A stretch of 64,000 nt of DNA from Trichoplax sp. H2. Taxonomy: Eukaryota. A program made the position numbers and the translations under genes. The notes below the pieces were generated by a model that was not told where the DNA came from, did not search any database, and saw nothing but the letters and a program-made list of their open reading frames with translations. Every line of letters starts with the position of its first letter. The first letter of the stretch is position 1. Location of the stretch: NCBI GenBank assembly GCA_003344405.1, contig NOWV01000028.1, positions 124,001-188,000 on the forward strand. Reading direction: 5' to 3'. This document shows, piece after piece, positions 37,215 through 51,137 of this stretch.

Positions 37215-38325
37215 CAGTGTTAGTGGCACTCTATCAGGTATAATAGGCCTAGCGGATTATTAGTGGATAATACTAGGGATGTTAGTCATACGGTTAAGTG
37301 GGACTACATAGCGTCTAGATAGACGGTACCGACACGTCTCAGTAGAGGACGTACAATTGGCTCAAAGTGAGGGATGACAATCATACGTAGCTTGGGGTCT
37401 TGCACTCGTAAGGCCCATATTAAATATAAATTAGAATAAGGGATAGTGTAGAAAGCAAAAATAAGATATTAGTTGAACTGACTGAAATATTGTGTGACTA
37501 GATACTGTAGGGTTGGAAGCAGTTCTAGGTTACACACCTAGATAAAGTTCACTTTTATTTTGAATGTAGGCGTAAACGTATGCTGATGATATCAAGTGCT
37601 ATGAAAGCAAGATTAATAAATAAAAAATATTTATTTCATAGTCTATACATTTTCAATGACCATTTATAACATATTTACTTTGGTATTGTTGAATATTTTC
37701 TGCAATCCCATTCAAAACATAATTTATCCGCTGGAAATGTTTAATTTAAGGTTTTTCATATTTTTAGTAAACCGTCGAAGAATTACGCCAATGGGTCAAT
37801 TTTAGTCTAAATTTCAGAATAATAGCTAGATAATTCAATTATTTCTATGACAAATATTACAGTAATATTTATAGAATCTCGAAGAAAAATAACTAATGAA
37901 AAAGTGAATATAAAAAGAACTAAAACATATGCAAGGTGCTGTGAAAGTATTATAGGTAAACGTCCGGATAATGAGCAATAACGTAATTTGCTTTCATGGA
38001 GCACATTAATATTTATTTCCAATAAATGCCCAAAAAAGCTTATACCTTCAATGACAATGCAATTTAGATAGCAATTGTTGTGCAGAAATGCCAGCCTTTA
38101 GTCATAAGTGTTTAGATGTATCTAATGCTATCACAGCTAACTGTATTATATAGCCACTAAACGTCGGAAAGTAGCTGTAATTCGTGTCCATGAAGTAGAG
38201 TGAGTTGGTTTAATGGTTCCGTTTTATCGGTAACCTTGTTTCTATTGGTGAATATTATGGGAAACAACTCTAACAGATAGCTATGATATCCTTTCAAACT
38301 ACTTTGAAAGAACCCTCAATATTAC

Positions 38326-38891
38326 TATCACGGTACGAACCACCGTGTAGGGTAACGACTAAATTTAGTAGTTAACATTATATATGAAGATAATTAATAA
38401 TAACTTACAGTAAGAATTACGGTAGTTATTATTTTGTTACAGTAAATTATAGGGTACTGTAGTAAGAGTTTTCATAAGGTAAATAATATTAATTAATTAT
38501 AGTGTTATGTCTTGTAACGCTTGTAATGAATACCCTGAAGATATTCATTTATAAAGGATACTATAAATAATTCTGTGTAGGAACATACTGCAATCTAATT
38601 ATCTAGAATCGTTCAGTACATGTCTAAGATTATGAATAATTTCTGTATTAATTTAGCTATCCAATATGAACTAAATTTCATGACCTGTTATGACTCATAC
38701 ATGATAGCGACTACTGAAGGGCGTTTAAGCCCGGCAGATAGTTGAATAAAGCAGAATTCTATAGTTGTTTAACGTAGAAGCAAAGGTGTCTAAATTCTTG
38801 TAAGATAATTAAGGGACACTGAATCCAGGAGACTACAGCAGTTTTTGAGATTTGCTTTACATTATCTTTGTCACGAAGCTGGTTTGTGGCA
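38326..38891 (+). mobile_element. Solo LTR-like element, 566 bp, same family as 61001-61435
   Basis: Starts TATCACGGTACGAACCACCGTG (cf. TGTCACGGTGCGAACTACCGTG), ends TGTCACGAAGCTGGTTTGTGGCA; 5-bp direct repeat ATTAC at 38321-38325 and 38892-38896; 3' ~180 bp aligns visibly with ~61255-61435. Confidence 0.8.
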
Positions 38892-41289
38892 ATTACATAC
38901 ATTCTGTGGATAGTGCAAGGGATAGCAACATTCCTTTCCAGTTGGGAACATCAAATTATTTTTATCCTTATTTTTATATTTATTATTTTTTTTCAATATA
39001 CTTACTTTCATATTAATATCTATCATGAAAACTATATTAGTTCTATTCTTCATGATTACTGTATTGAATTCTACTTCGAGTTTAATCGCAGATCATTATA
39101 GTGCGGTTCTGCGAAAGTATGCATGAATATAATAAATTGTAAACTGAGCCCTCAGAGTTTGAAATGAAAAAGATGCGGCTTACTAGATAACCGTTAAGGA
39201 AGTAGCAAGAAAGTCTCTAGTTATTTTTCCAGTATTTATAGCTTTAAAAGCATTCTATATACTGTAATGCAAGGATTTCATTAGTAATTAAGGCTTAATG
39301 ACAAAGAAGTGTTGTCCTCCACATTCAGTTCGCATTATTACCTGGTAACTAAAAGCGCCAACTATCATAAACAGTACTTAGACGACTCATTAATGATTCA
39401 TATTTTTTATGTAATAAATAAAGCACAAATTTAAGGCTAATTAGCAGTATTTAAACAGCTAACTTATTATTAATTTTCTATCACTTCTCTTAAAGAAGAA
39501 GAGATCTATTTTACTTATTTAACAAACTTTTCTTCCCAATCTTAAAGTTTACAAATTTATGTTTTAGCCGCTATTGAGCGACTTAAACTGATGGATTTTA
39601 ATAGTATCCAGTTAAAAGCTGTCTCTGCAAGTCTTAAGTATCCCTTTGTTACAAATTTAAATTCTGTAACAAGGGAATACAACGTAGAAGTCTTGAACTA
39701 ATCCACTGAATTAAATGCCTTAACTCACCTAATTTACTTGACTAAGAGCATTGTGCACAGAATTTTTACTAGTACTTTTACTCGAACCATTCAAGTTAAT
39801 ATAAGAGTCGTCATATTTATAAACAACTTCATAATATTTATTTACCGTGTCCTTTACTGGTAGATTTCTGCGACTATGATACTCCGAACATAATTATTCA
39901 ATTAGCGAACATTTACAACCTACTTCTCATATGAAATCATCATTTACTCAAGATTGGTATTAACTATCATGAACTAGGATTTAAGCATCCAATTACTTTT
40001 TACACGCAATAACAATCAATACTGATATAAAATGACCGAACTTCAATAAGAAATACGATAAGGCATTATCATATCTAGCATTGCAATTATTGACTTCGCC
40101 ATATTGGTACGGCTACATAAGTATTCGAAAAGTTTGATAATACCGTATGACCATTATAATATTCCATTCCTTGTACAGTATATTGCATGATTGGATTCAA
40201 AAACTATATATCCAACTTAGTCTTTGCAATTAGCAGTTTGATAAATTATTGATTTATTTTAGTGTTAAAAATTCAGATCTACTTGCTTATTATTTATCAT
40301 ATAAACTATATGTAAAAAGCTTATGCAGTTAGTTTCTTGGTAAAAGTAGTGAATCTCACTGTAAGGCTCTTTTATATCTCTCTGCTAAACATACCCGTAT
40401 TTATTTAAATTTCAACAATAGATTCTATTTTTAACAGCAATGCTTAATCAAATTGTTCTAGACTTTTATTTAATCTGGAGTCAAGTTTTTTATCTAACGT
40501 CTGCTGAGTAATACAATGCATGATAAGATATCATTGTCGTTTTATGTAAAAGATTGTATATAAATTTATCGATCAGTTGCAGTCAACAATATTACAATTA
40601 CGTACAAAGTTATCACCAAATTGCTATGATAGTATCGCCTCACAAAAATTAATCAATAAATTATTGAATTATTGAATATTGGAAGTCATGATCACTATTA
40701 AACTAGCCATCAGTTAGGTCGTTTAGTAAGTCGGTAGAATTTTTAGACATAAAACAGATTAATTTGCTGACCATTAATTTAGTTAGCGATCATTTATCTT
40801 AAAAATTTTCTTTATAAAATGAATATTTAATTACAATCCTGTTCGTTCTAATTTAGTACAGACATTGGCATCCTAGGAAGTATCATTGATCAAGTAACAT
40901 ATTCGAATATCGAGGGTCTTGAATTTGGATTAAATGAAAGATTCATTTATTTCTTCGCACCAACTTTCAAGTTCCATAGCACTTGCATTTCAGCATACCA
41001 GCAGCGTTTTTAATTAATAACAGTCACTTTGCTTCTTAGTAACAGTGTATTAATCAATTTTTTAATGACAATGTATGGGGTGAATTAGTTTTGCAGATCT
41101 TTAATATGGTTTCAAACTGATGCTTTAGAATTTGCAGTTATTGCAAGTTAAAACTTATCAGTTCACAGTAAATGTTCTAGAAGATTTCATTGTGGAAAAA
41201 AATATAATTACTGTCTGTAATTCTATTTTCCTAGTGGCTTCATAATTTCTTAAGTACAATCGCACATTCAATTTATTCCAAGCAATATT

Positions 41290-42668
41290 ATGATGAATTG
41301 TCAAAATCAACCTGAACCAGAGCCAAGTCCGCTGTGGAAGAACGCTACTCGCTTACTTGCATGGCATGAGTTATTTGAAATTCATAATTATTTCTTCGCT
41401 AGCTGTTTCGGAATTCTATTCCTATATAGCTTGATTTCATTGTTTTCGAATGTCAGAACGTCATTTAAGAAGCATTTATGTATCGCAATTAGCCTATTAT
41501 TAGCTTTATTGGGACTTTCTCGTGCTTTATACTTAATTCTTGATCCTTACGAATCGGCAGATATCTTGCAACGATATGGCAACTTGACACTAATCCCGTT
41601 ATCTATAACGCGGGTCCTACATGGAATTGCTTATCCTTGTTTGTCATCCTCTTTCACTCTTATTTTCATGGCTATTTTAAAATGTGTTCAAATTAAAATT
41701 TTATCGCCCAAGTTTCGGAAACCAATTCTGATCTATACAATTATCATTCTCCATTTTCTGGTGAGTTATTGTATTTGTTGCATTTATGGATAATTTTTAA
41801 TCTATATGTCAAGAACAGTTAATATTAAAACTAAAACAAATTACGATAGTACTGAGCTTTTACTTATATGGAAAAGATATCATTTTGGCAGTTTCATCGG
41901 TGTAGTCGGCAAAATTTACCAGCGCTATTAATTGTGAATAGAATCACAAATGAGTGTCTTAAATTAAGCCAATAGATGTCTGTATACAGTATTTACTTGA
42001 TATAACAGTAACTTTTATAGCACAAAAATAAGCCTATTGATTTTACCTGGCTATTTGTCACTACGTGATGACTTCTGATCTACATTAATTGATTTTCTTA
42101 GGTTGTGTTTTCTGTCGATATCACTACCGTACTATGCAGTGGAACCACAATTTTATTGATTTTATGTCAAAGTTTTTTTATTATCTGGGGAACAACTATT
42201 GGAATCTGCTACCTATACTGTAGCTATCGAATACTGAATTATAATTTTAGTAATCAGGTAATACTAAAAAGTATTAACAATGTCAATAAAAGGCACGTCC
42301 AAGCAAAATTGAAACAAAATTATACCGATCAAGAGGAGGACTTTATGTCGCAGAAAGGAAAACGCTGGTCATCAGATCAACACATTTCATACATTACTCC
42401 AACAATCCAGAAAGTGATTAAAGTTACTATTATCTCTGCATGTTTAGGATTTGTTTCAACTGCTCTCAATTGCTTTTCCTTGTTCGGTATCTATGGCGTC
42501 CTTCAAGATAAAAATACTGTTGATCCTTGGCTATGGCTAATTTATCAGTCACTATTTCGTATTATCGAATTGTGTATGGGTGCTACTATGGCTTTCACGG
42601 TAACTCGAACAGTTAAAACAAAGCAATTATTACCACAGGCAGCGAAGACTAATGTCGCTTGGCAATAA
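41290..42668 (+). CDS. PRRT3/PRRT4-like multi-pass (7TM-like) membrane protein, paralog A, ~345 aa
   Basis: Exons 41290-41760 (donor GTGAGT) and 42102-42668, phase 0. Motifs PEPSPLW...WHELFEIHNYFF, RALYLILDPY, YPCLSSSF, DPWLWLIYQSLFRIIE. Confidence 0.85.
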
Positions 42669-45600
42669 AAGCAATATCCAGCTCAATCAATATATAGTAT
42701 GTCGTAACGAATATGTAAATTTAAGATATGAATCGTAAAACTATGAACATATACAACGCCATAGTCGCCAATTAAGTCTCTTTACTGACAGTATGCTAAA
42801 GTTTGCTTCAGAAATTAAATTTAATACTAATTAAGGATAGCTTCTTAAATTTCGCAGCTGTGGTTCAATTATATATCATATAGGATATTCAAAGTAAAAT
42901 TCATTAGACTCTATTATCTGGCAAGGTACGATATTTAATTAATTACAAATTAAAATAATGAAGAGAAATTAAGTATTGAAGATACATTAAAATAATATTT
43001 CATAGCCTACTTAATTTGATAAAGCGTTTGATAAGTAAATCAACTGTTTTCTACCGTATCCTATTGCCGTCGAAAATATTAATTATCTGTGAATATGATA
43101 AGTTTTAACTATTATTCCTCTATCGCTGTGTATTTCTAACAATCTAAACATGTATCGCTTAAGTTGATTAATTGTGCACTTAAACTGAAACTAAATTCTT
43201 CTACATCTAAACCTAGAATCGTTACGCTTTAATGAAACTGAATTATCGGAATCCTTTTACATCTCTGAAATCGATATCATATATGATTAATTACTAAATG
43301 ATTCAGCTGTTTGATGCCAAATTGAGATAGTGCTTGGTTTAGGTCATAAAATATTACTTGCAATCAATAAATCTAGCTGGTAAAAAATTTATAATCTATT
43401 ATTAATTACTGAAGTTGTTAGTCCTACTATGTAATTTAATTTTTAAGCTATAAGTTGTAAAACATATGGCATGGTAATCTATATCCACCCTAATCATTAT
43501 AATGTTCAATACATTAATATGCTATTGTAATTTTAATAGTAAGGCATCCATTCTTCATTGACATGCATAAGTTTGATCGCTCCTTAATAAATATAAATAA
43601 TATTTAAGTCTAGCTCTATCCATTTTTCCAAACACTAAATCCTCAACTGAATTTGTAGCGGTATATGAGGATCATTATTCATTTATAATATTTATTTCAA
43701 TATTTCAGTACTGCAGTATAGCAATGCTTATTCCTCCTCAGCATACCTTTTCCTCAAATAATTTTAAATTTAAGTGACAACGATGTGATCAATGAAAATT
43801 GCTGTTGTCAAGATAAAGTAACTACATCTCTTATTCAAAATACTTTTCCCATCTCAGCTATGATAATTTTTATCGTATAAAATACGAATATGGTATTTTT
43901 CATACTATAACATTCAACCGCTGAACATCAAAAATTGCTATACCTTGTAATTGTAGGTAGCATAGTGCCATAAAATAAATGATCAATTGTGTAAGTAGGT
44001 CAGAGTTTTACATGTATTTAAATCGAAATTCTATTTATTCATTCCAACAAAGTTTCCAATTTATAAAGGATTAAATAAAGCAGATACCTTTCACTCACAA
44101 GAATAATTTCACTGTCTACTCTCTTCTAATGTGAGTGATCAACTAACTTACAAGCTACTTAGTCACTCCAACTAACTACGGAGAGATACTGTAAGTAAGA
44201 ATAACAACTTCCTCACAAGTATAATAAGCGGCTTGTTGTAAGATTAGTTTTATGAGTTTTTACTTCTATTCATACAACGAAAGTATAGTACCTTGTCGTA
44301 CACTAGAGAAGTATCAACTGGGCGATATATTTTCTGTAGGCTTATATACGGTCGCCACAAAAGATTTTCAATTAATATTTCAAGTAATAAACAATTTTAA
44401 AGACTAAGAAACATATTTACAAAATACGATGACTAGTATCGTAACAATACCTTAGAATTTAAGGAAAGAAATTTTTTTAATTTTAGAACTTTGATAGCAT
44501 TCTTCTACTTTAGACTAGCTGATCACACTGTATTAACGAAATCTCTCAAATTGAACATCTCCTATTTGCAAAATGGCAAAAGATGTTTGTTATCAAATTG
44601 AGTAAGGGTACTTTAATTAGTTTAGTATCTAGCTTTTAACTGTAAAGAGATAATATTTCGATGCTAAAATAAATATGGAAGCACTTGTATATCGTAAATG
44701 CATTGGACTAATGCAAGAGGTCTATATTTTAGGTCTGGTATATTTACCAATAGAAATCACAATCATCTCCATTATTGTGAAATGAACTGGGACAATGCTT
44801 ATCCAAGAATATCAACAAAAAGTGGAATTAAAAAATAAATTATAATGCTTCTGCGTACGAATTTAACTTATGAATATTACTCTAATAAGAGTAAACAAGT
44901 AAAAAGTTCTGTGTAGCGAAGCCAGTTTGCACTATCAATTGGAATACTTATTTGCAGTATAGAAAAATTTATTATAGCATTGATGTCCAATTATGTATAA
45001 TGTTCGTGTCCAATAATCAGTACCATAAAACCTAGCTCTATATTTTACTTTATTTAAATCAGTCCTGGTTAAAATTTATCATGATAATTGTTTCATTTCA
45101 AATTAAAATCTTAGCAGCACAATTCCATAGCATTCAATTCAAGGATTAATTTTTATTATAAACGTGATTACTTAATCCCTTTCCTGATAGTTACGGTAAT
45201 TTAGACGATAGCATTTATTTATCTGTGCAGTTACTTTGAAAGTTAACAGTTTTATTAAGCAGATTAATTTTTTTGCTACGGACTTATTTGGTATTTGCTT
45301 GTTAGAATCTCTCTCAAATATATTCATATGCCATAAAACAGTCTGAGGTAATTCTTTATTTATTTAAAAAGCAAGAATGCGACTCAAATAATCCCGTTGT
45401 CACCAGTTACTATTATAGAACAAAGATTTTAGTATTACAAAGTAACGCACGTCAATTTAGTGTCATTAGGATCTCTAGTTATAAAATAATCATTAATAGT
45501 CAGGCTACAAACATCTTGCACTTTATATTAACTTAATGTATAAAAATATCATAGGTTAATCCGCTTACGTCATCACTTTATTTGGAACTATATTACCATA

Positions 45601-48600
45601 ATTGTTCATATTCTTCTTTGTAATGACCTAGTTATTATAGTCTCCTCTTATTACTGTTAGTTCGCCTGCGTAACCCAAAATTTTATACTAGAAACAGTAC
45701 AAATGCGCCATCTCATCTTTTAGGCACCTACTGCACTCCTGCAATTAGCTGAAATCATCGCTTTCTCATGTATTATTATTAATATTAAAGTAAAATTGAA
45801 ATACGGAAATTTCTGAAACTAATTTCAAAGCCTGGCATTATTTTACGTTATGTCAGTAAAATATCTCTATGGCAAAGAGTAGTATCTTTTGTTGCTAGTT
45901 TAATATCAAATAAGCCATAAGTCTTTTTCTTATTCTATACACTTGTATAGCATGCATAAAAGATAGTAGTGGTTTATTTTCGATCAATTTCAATGTAAAC
46001 TATTATGTATATCACCTTTTATCAAATCAATCGCTAATCTTGTGGGGTGCAAAACATCTGCGCTTTTAAGATATTACCTAAAATAAAATTAGCTTATTAA
46101 GTATATCTAAGGAAATAAATGTATGTAGACACTATTATGATGCTATTGTGACTCAAACATACTGACATGTGTTAAACTAGTTTCTATATCATTTATTGTT
46201 CCAATACGTATACCTTCCTTGCCCTGATTTCTCATAATTCCGTGTAATTATATAATAAGCATCTTTTGATTTAATGATTATATGGATGAATTAAAACTAT
46301 AGATCAACGTGGAAATGATGTAAACTCCAATATACGTCTTTAGAACGATATTATCTTAGTAAGTGCTAGCTCTATCTTTCGTTCAATTGGTACCGGGCTG
46401 TACTATTATGCAATATAAATCAACCAAACAATGGGTAATAATGATATAGCAGCTCAGTATCTAAGTTAACGCATTGAATTGCGATCAATAATTGATAATA
46501 AATTTAAGCTTGATAGAATATTTCTTATTTAAATTAATCGCTTTGCTTATTTGCTATTTAAGTAAAATTTCAAATGTAATTAGTGAAGTTTCTGCCAGCA
46601 CAATAGAAAAATTTCGATAATAATTTTAATATCGTAGATGATTTAATATTGTACGAAGGGTTCTGAATAATATACTTTATTATGAGTCGATTAGAGCTGT
46701 AGTAGAACTAAATAATGTGCTATAGTCAGGGCAGAAAATGATTTATTTCATATTCGCAGACAGCGATATGGATCTTCTATTCCATCAAATGAGATAAGTT
46801 ATGTAACAATTGACCGTATAGTAAACTTTTCAATTCATATCTAACGTAGTAAGAGGCCTAAGCTACAAAAAAAATCATGAATTTCCAAATATGAAGTAAT
46901 AAAGGGCGAAATAGTAAAAGTATACTATATCGTATTTCGCTATAGCCCTAGGATTTCCTCCATATGAAAAAAGGAAATGCTGGGGCAAGACTGAATAATT
47001 TTCCTAACTGCTAGATGACCTTATATAGTAGAACCATATGGTTTTATTACTAAACCAAAAATAATCTGAACTTAAACAATTGCCTGTAAATTATCTCAAT
47101 ATAAACTATAACTTACCAATTAAGTAGTATTTAGCGCTTGATATTTAGACTGGAATACGAACAAGCAACGATAGAATAATAATACAAAGTTGCACGTACA
47201 CTTTTTACAAAGATGATTACTTTATCATCTTATGAATTCATATTTGAACAATTTTTAAATTTTATACCTGTATTTATGGAATTATTGACGATTCTTGCTA
47301 TTATTACAGTAAATTCTTAAATACGTTTGCGTTAAAATTGTTAGTAACAGAGAGTGTAAACAACGTCCAATTGAGGTAAAATTAGTGCGGATTTACAATA
47401 TAAATTTTAATCAGTATCTAATAAGAGAATATTAAATTTTAACCAGCCATTGATACTCAAGTATTGCTATTTTCCTGGACAGAAAAATTTAATAAGTTTC
47501 TACAGAGTGAAAGCAAATTTCCATAATTCTAGGTTATCTTACTTTCAAAAAAATTTTCTAGATATCGATCTTTTAAGTCAGATCAGTAGTTTTGTATACT
47601 TAGATCAAAGCCGATAATCAAATTCAAAAAATTATATCATCGTCTACAATATTAGAGTGTAGAATTCATAGTATCTGTTTTATCTGATAGATCGACAGTT
47701 AGTTCAAGTCTCTATCGAATACAATCATCGATATCTCTTGGAATAAAGCCATTATATGGCTCTCTATTTAAAAATTTTTATTTCATATGCAGCTAACAAA
47801 ATCCTTTCAAGCAGTAAAGCATAAAGTTTATAGTTTCGTCTCAAAAGCATTTTATTAAAGACCTGGTAAAGTAACGGTACTCTAAATATAATTTCTTTAA
47901 AGAATTAGGAAACTATACTAGCGAGTAAGCTGTTGTCACTTTTGTTGGCTTAACAGAGAAGTATTTTAATATCAACAAGGGAAATCAGATTCTTAATAAT
48001 GATCTTCTAGAAAGAAGTAAAGACAGATTTACCTACTCATTAAATTTACGATAACTATGCATAAAATCAGATGCGTTAATGACGCTAAAGATGAAAATAT
48101 ATTTAATTAATTCAATTGGTACATGTACTGAAATATCTGAAAAAGAACAGTTTACGGCAAGCTATATAAAATTAAAATCGAGCAACTACTACTAGAAGAG
48201 TCACTAAACTTCTACTAGTTAAAATCTCCTAAATATGATTTCATTCCTCGTACCAAACTCAATTATAAAAAGTTGAATTTGAATGCTATGTCAGTATTGT
48301 ATATATACCTTTTCCGGAGAGAACATCCATACAAATTTTTAGCAGAGCAAAATATAATCTTCCACTGCAAAAATTGCGGATAATATGGTATTTGTAGTGG
48401 ATTAAATTACAATCTAAAATGAAAATGATGTAACCTACCACTTTTTAAGGTTAAGCAGTATACAATAACTACCACAATAATAATATGCTAGAATAGAATG
48501 AGTACAGTATATGTTTACAAATCTGAGCTAATGTAGTGTGCACTATAGGAGAATCTTAGCTTAAAATTGAAGGAATTTAACAAACGCGTATTCTTAACTC

Positions 48601-49469
48601 TTAACTTCTCAATATACGAGTCCTGCGAGTAAGATATTTATTCCATCTAAGTCCAACTTTACTACGATCATACTAGTCACTTTCTGTATCAAAGCAAACG
48701 GATATGTCCACATTCCTCACTAAATTGTAAAACATTTACTATTACATCTACAATACTGTGCTAATACGCTTACTTGTTGCTTTTAAACTCTATCTGATAA
48801 TTCAAACGGGATATATCATTGCTATTCAAGGTCATTAACTTTATATAATGAATTCTTGAAATTACTGGTAGCAAAAAACTTTACTGAATTAATAATTAAC
48901 ATTAGCTAATATGCATGTATTTCACTCTCCAAGTGATCAGCACTAAAGCGAACAACACTATAGACCATCTCATCTTCTAAATAGCCAAGTTTTGGTTGCT
49001 AGGTAACTATTCCCAAGACAATTTATCCCCTTTATAGGTAATATACCAGCAATCTCCAATTTTATAAGCCAGCAATCATTACTTCTAGAAGTCTAAAGAA
49101 ATAATTCTAATGCTATTACTAATATATTTTATATTGTATATGTTACAATATATTTATTAACTGGTGAGATTATGTGTTTATGGTTTGTCTTCAAGTTTCG
49201 TATAAATGACCGATCATCACTTGGCAAAGAATTAATGTTATTAATTTATATCCTGTTTTTGATGAGTACTAAAGTATTTCATGTTGCACATATACCCTTC
49301 TTAACTTACTGGTGAGATCATGTGTATATGATTTATTAATATATTTCTGTAATAGATTAATTAAGAAAATAAAAATTTAGCGAACGGTAAATTAGGATGA
49401 GAAGGCTCAAATACCTTACGTACAGTATCATATATTTTAAGCCATGACTNNNNNNNNNNNNNNNNNNNN

Positions 49470-49597
49470 GTTTGACTCAGTCTCTTTACTATTGGAATAA
49501 GTTAGTTTTCCTTATAGAGGATTGCCTGAAGTTAGTCGGTGATCGGATAGAGTAGATAGAATAGACTAGGCCCGATCACGAAAGCTGTTTTGTGACA
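49470..49597 (+). mobile_element. 3' end of an LTR-like element, remainder lost in gap
   Basis: Ends CACGAAAGCTGTTTTGTGACA; aligns with 37087-37214; downstream flank 49598-49762 repeats 49285-49449, where the element is absent. Confidence 0.7.
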
Positions 49598-51137
49598 TGC
49601 ACATATACCCTTCTTAACTTACTGGTGAGATCATGTGTATATGATTTGTTAATATATTTCTGTAATAGATTAATTAAGAAAATAAAAATTTAGCGAACGG
49701 TAAATTAGGATGAGAAGGCTCAAATACCTTACGTACAGTATCATATATTTTAAGCCATGACTGATAGCCTCTAAACTTTCTCATAATTATCATCATTATG
49801 GAGCGATTTCATAACATACGAGTACATCTCACTGTTTATCAATAGAAATTAAGCGATCATATGTAGCTGAAAAATAAGCAGCGTAAGGCTATGTAATTCC
49901 CAAAAATATAAATCCCGTAGCAGCAGTGAGAGTATTACAGCTTTATATGAACAATCCGTTGTCATATAGTAAAAAGTGAGAAGTAGTGATATGAATGGGC
50001 TGTTATTTTTGCCGTAATATTTCCAGTAGTAATCATTCCTTTTACAGGAAACGGCTAGCCAAAATTAGTGCGGTAAGCCTGGTCAGAAATAATAGGTACA
50101 GTACCGCTAGTTGAAAGATCAGCAAATTCATTCAATTTAATATTTTTTTGACAGTCAATAAATGAAGAAAGGAGAGTAATTTCTATTAGAAATTGGAAAG
50201 ATACGTCAGTGCGCTAGCCGGTAAATTTGTTCAAGAGATGCAGACTGCAAAGTTACTATCCTGCACTACCGATGTAAGTTGTAGTTGTTCATCTTGTAGC
50301 AGCTTTTCATTTTGGAAATAGACAGGATAGAAATATATTGACTGTACGATGTATATTTCTACATTTCAATCGAACAAGCCACATTGTTTTCACGCATATA
50401 ACATAAAATACTTAATTACTTAGCAACGATCACTGCCAACAAAGTCAATAAAGATCAAAACAAAGTGTAATTTCACGTAAAATACAGTTCTACAGCGGCT
50501 TATCGTAAAACATTGCCCAATATATAACTATGATTAAAGAAGTTGAATTCCTTCGTTATCATATAAAATGTAATATTAATTTCAAAATAAAATAAACTGC
50601 GTAAATTAATCAGCTGTAAAAGCATGCTTTACTGCCTATAATAAACTATGCGTTAATAATTATAGCATTTAATACCATATTAGTGCAATACTATAGTTCA
50701 GCTCATGTCCTTTTAAGCTACCTTCGGATGTGAAAACTTTTAGAATTATATTGACTAGTAATGTTTTCTATATCCCTTTTGTATCATTGAATTCGTCATT
50801 TATAACCGTAGTCAGTTCATACTTTAGACAGAAGGCTAATTCTCAGTTGGAGATCGAATTGTTCGTTAATCCATCGTATATAGGTACAACGTTTGGATGT
50901 TAGAGGATGTACGCCAGAAATATTCACTAGCATAAACTCTTTCTAGCAATTTTGACCATCATTTACACTTTATGTAAGCACCAGCCTGCACATTTTCTTT
51001 CTCATTTAGTCCCTGCCACAAATGATAAAAACTATTTTCTTCCAATAGTAAAATTTAAGTGAATCTGTTCCATCTTAAACTATAACATTAAATAGAAAAA
51101 CTTTTAGACACTAGTATCTTAATACCTCCGTTTTGAG

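Noticed and set aside
39640..39678. Short imperfect palindrome TCCCTTTGTTACA...TGTAACAAGGGA as a terminator or MITE
   Set aside because: Isolated single copy, no TSD recognised; not enough to assign a function.
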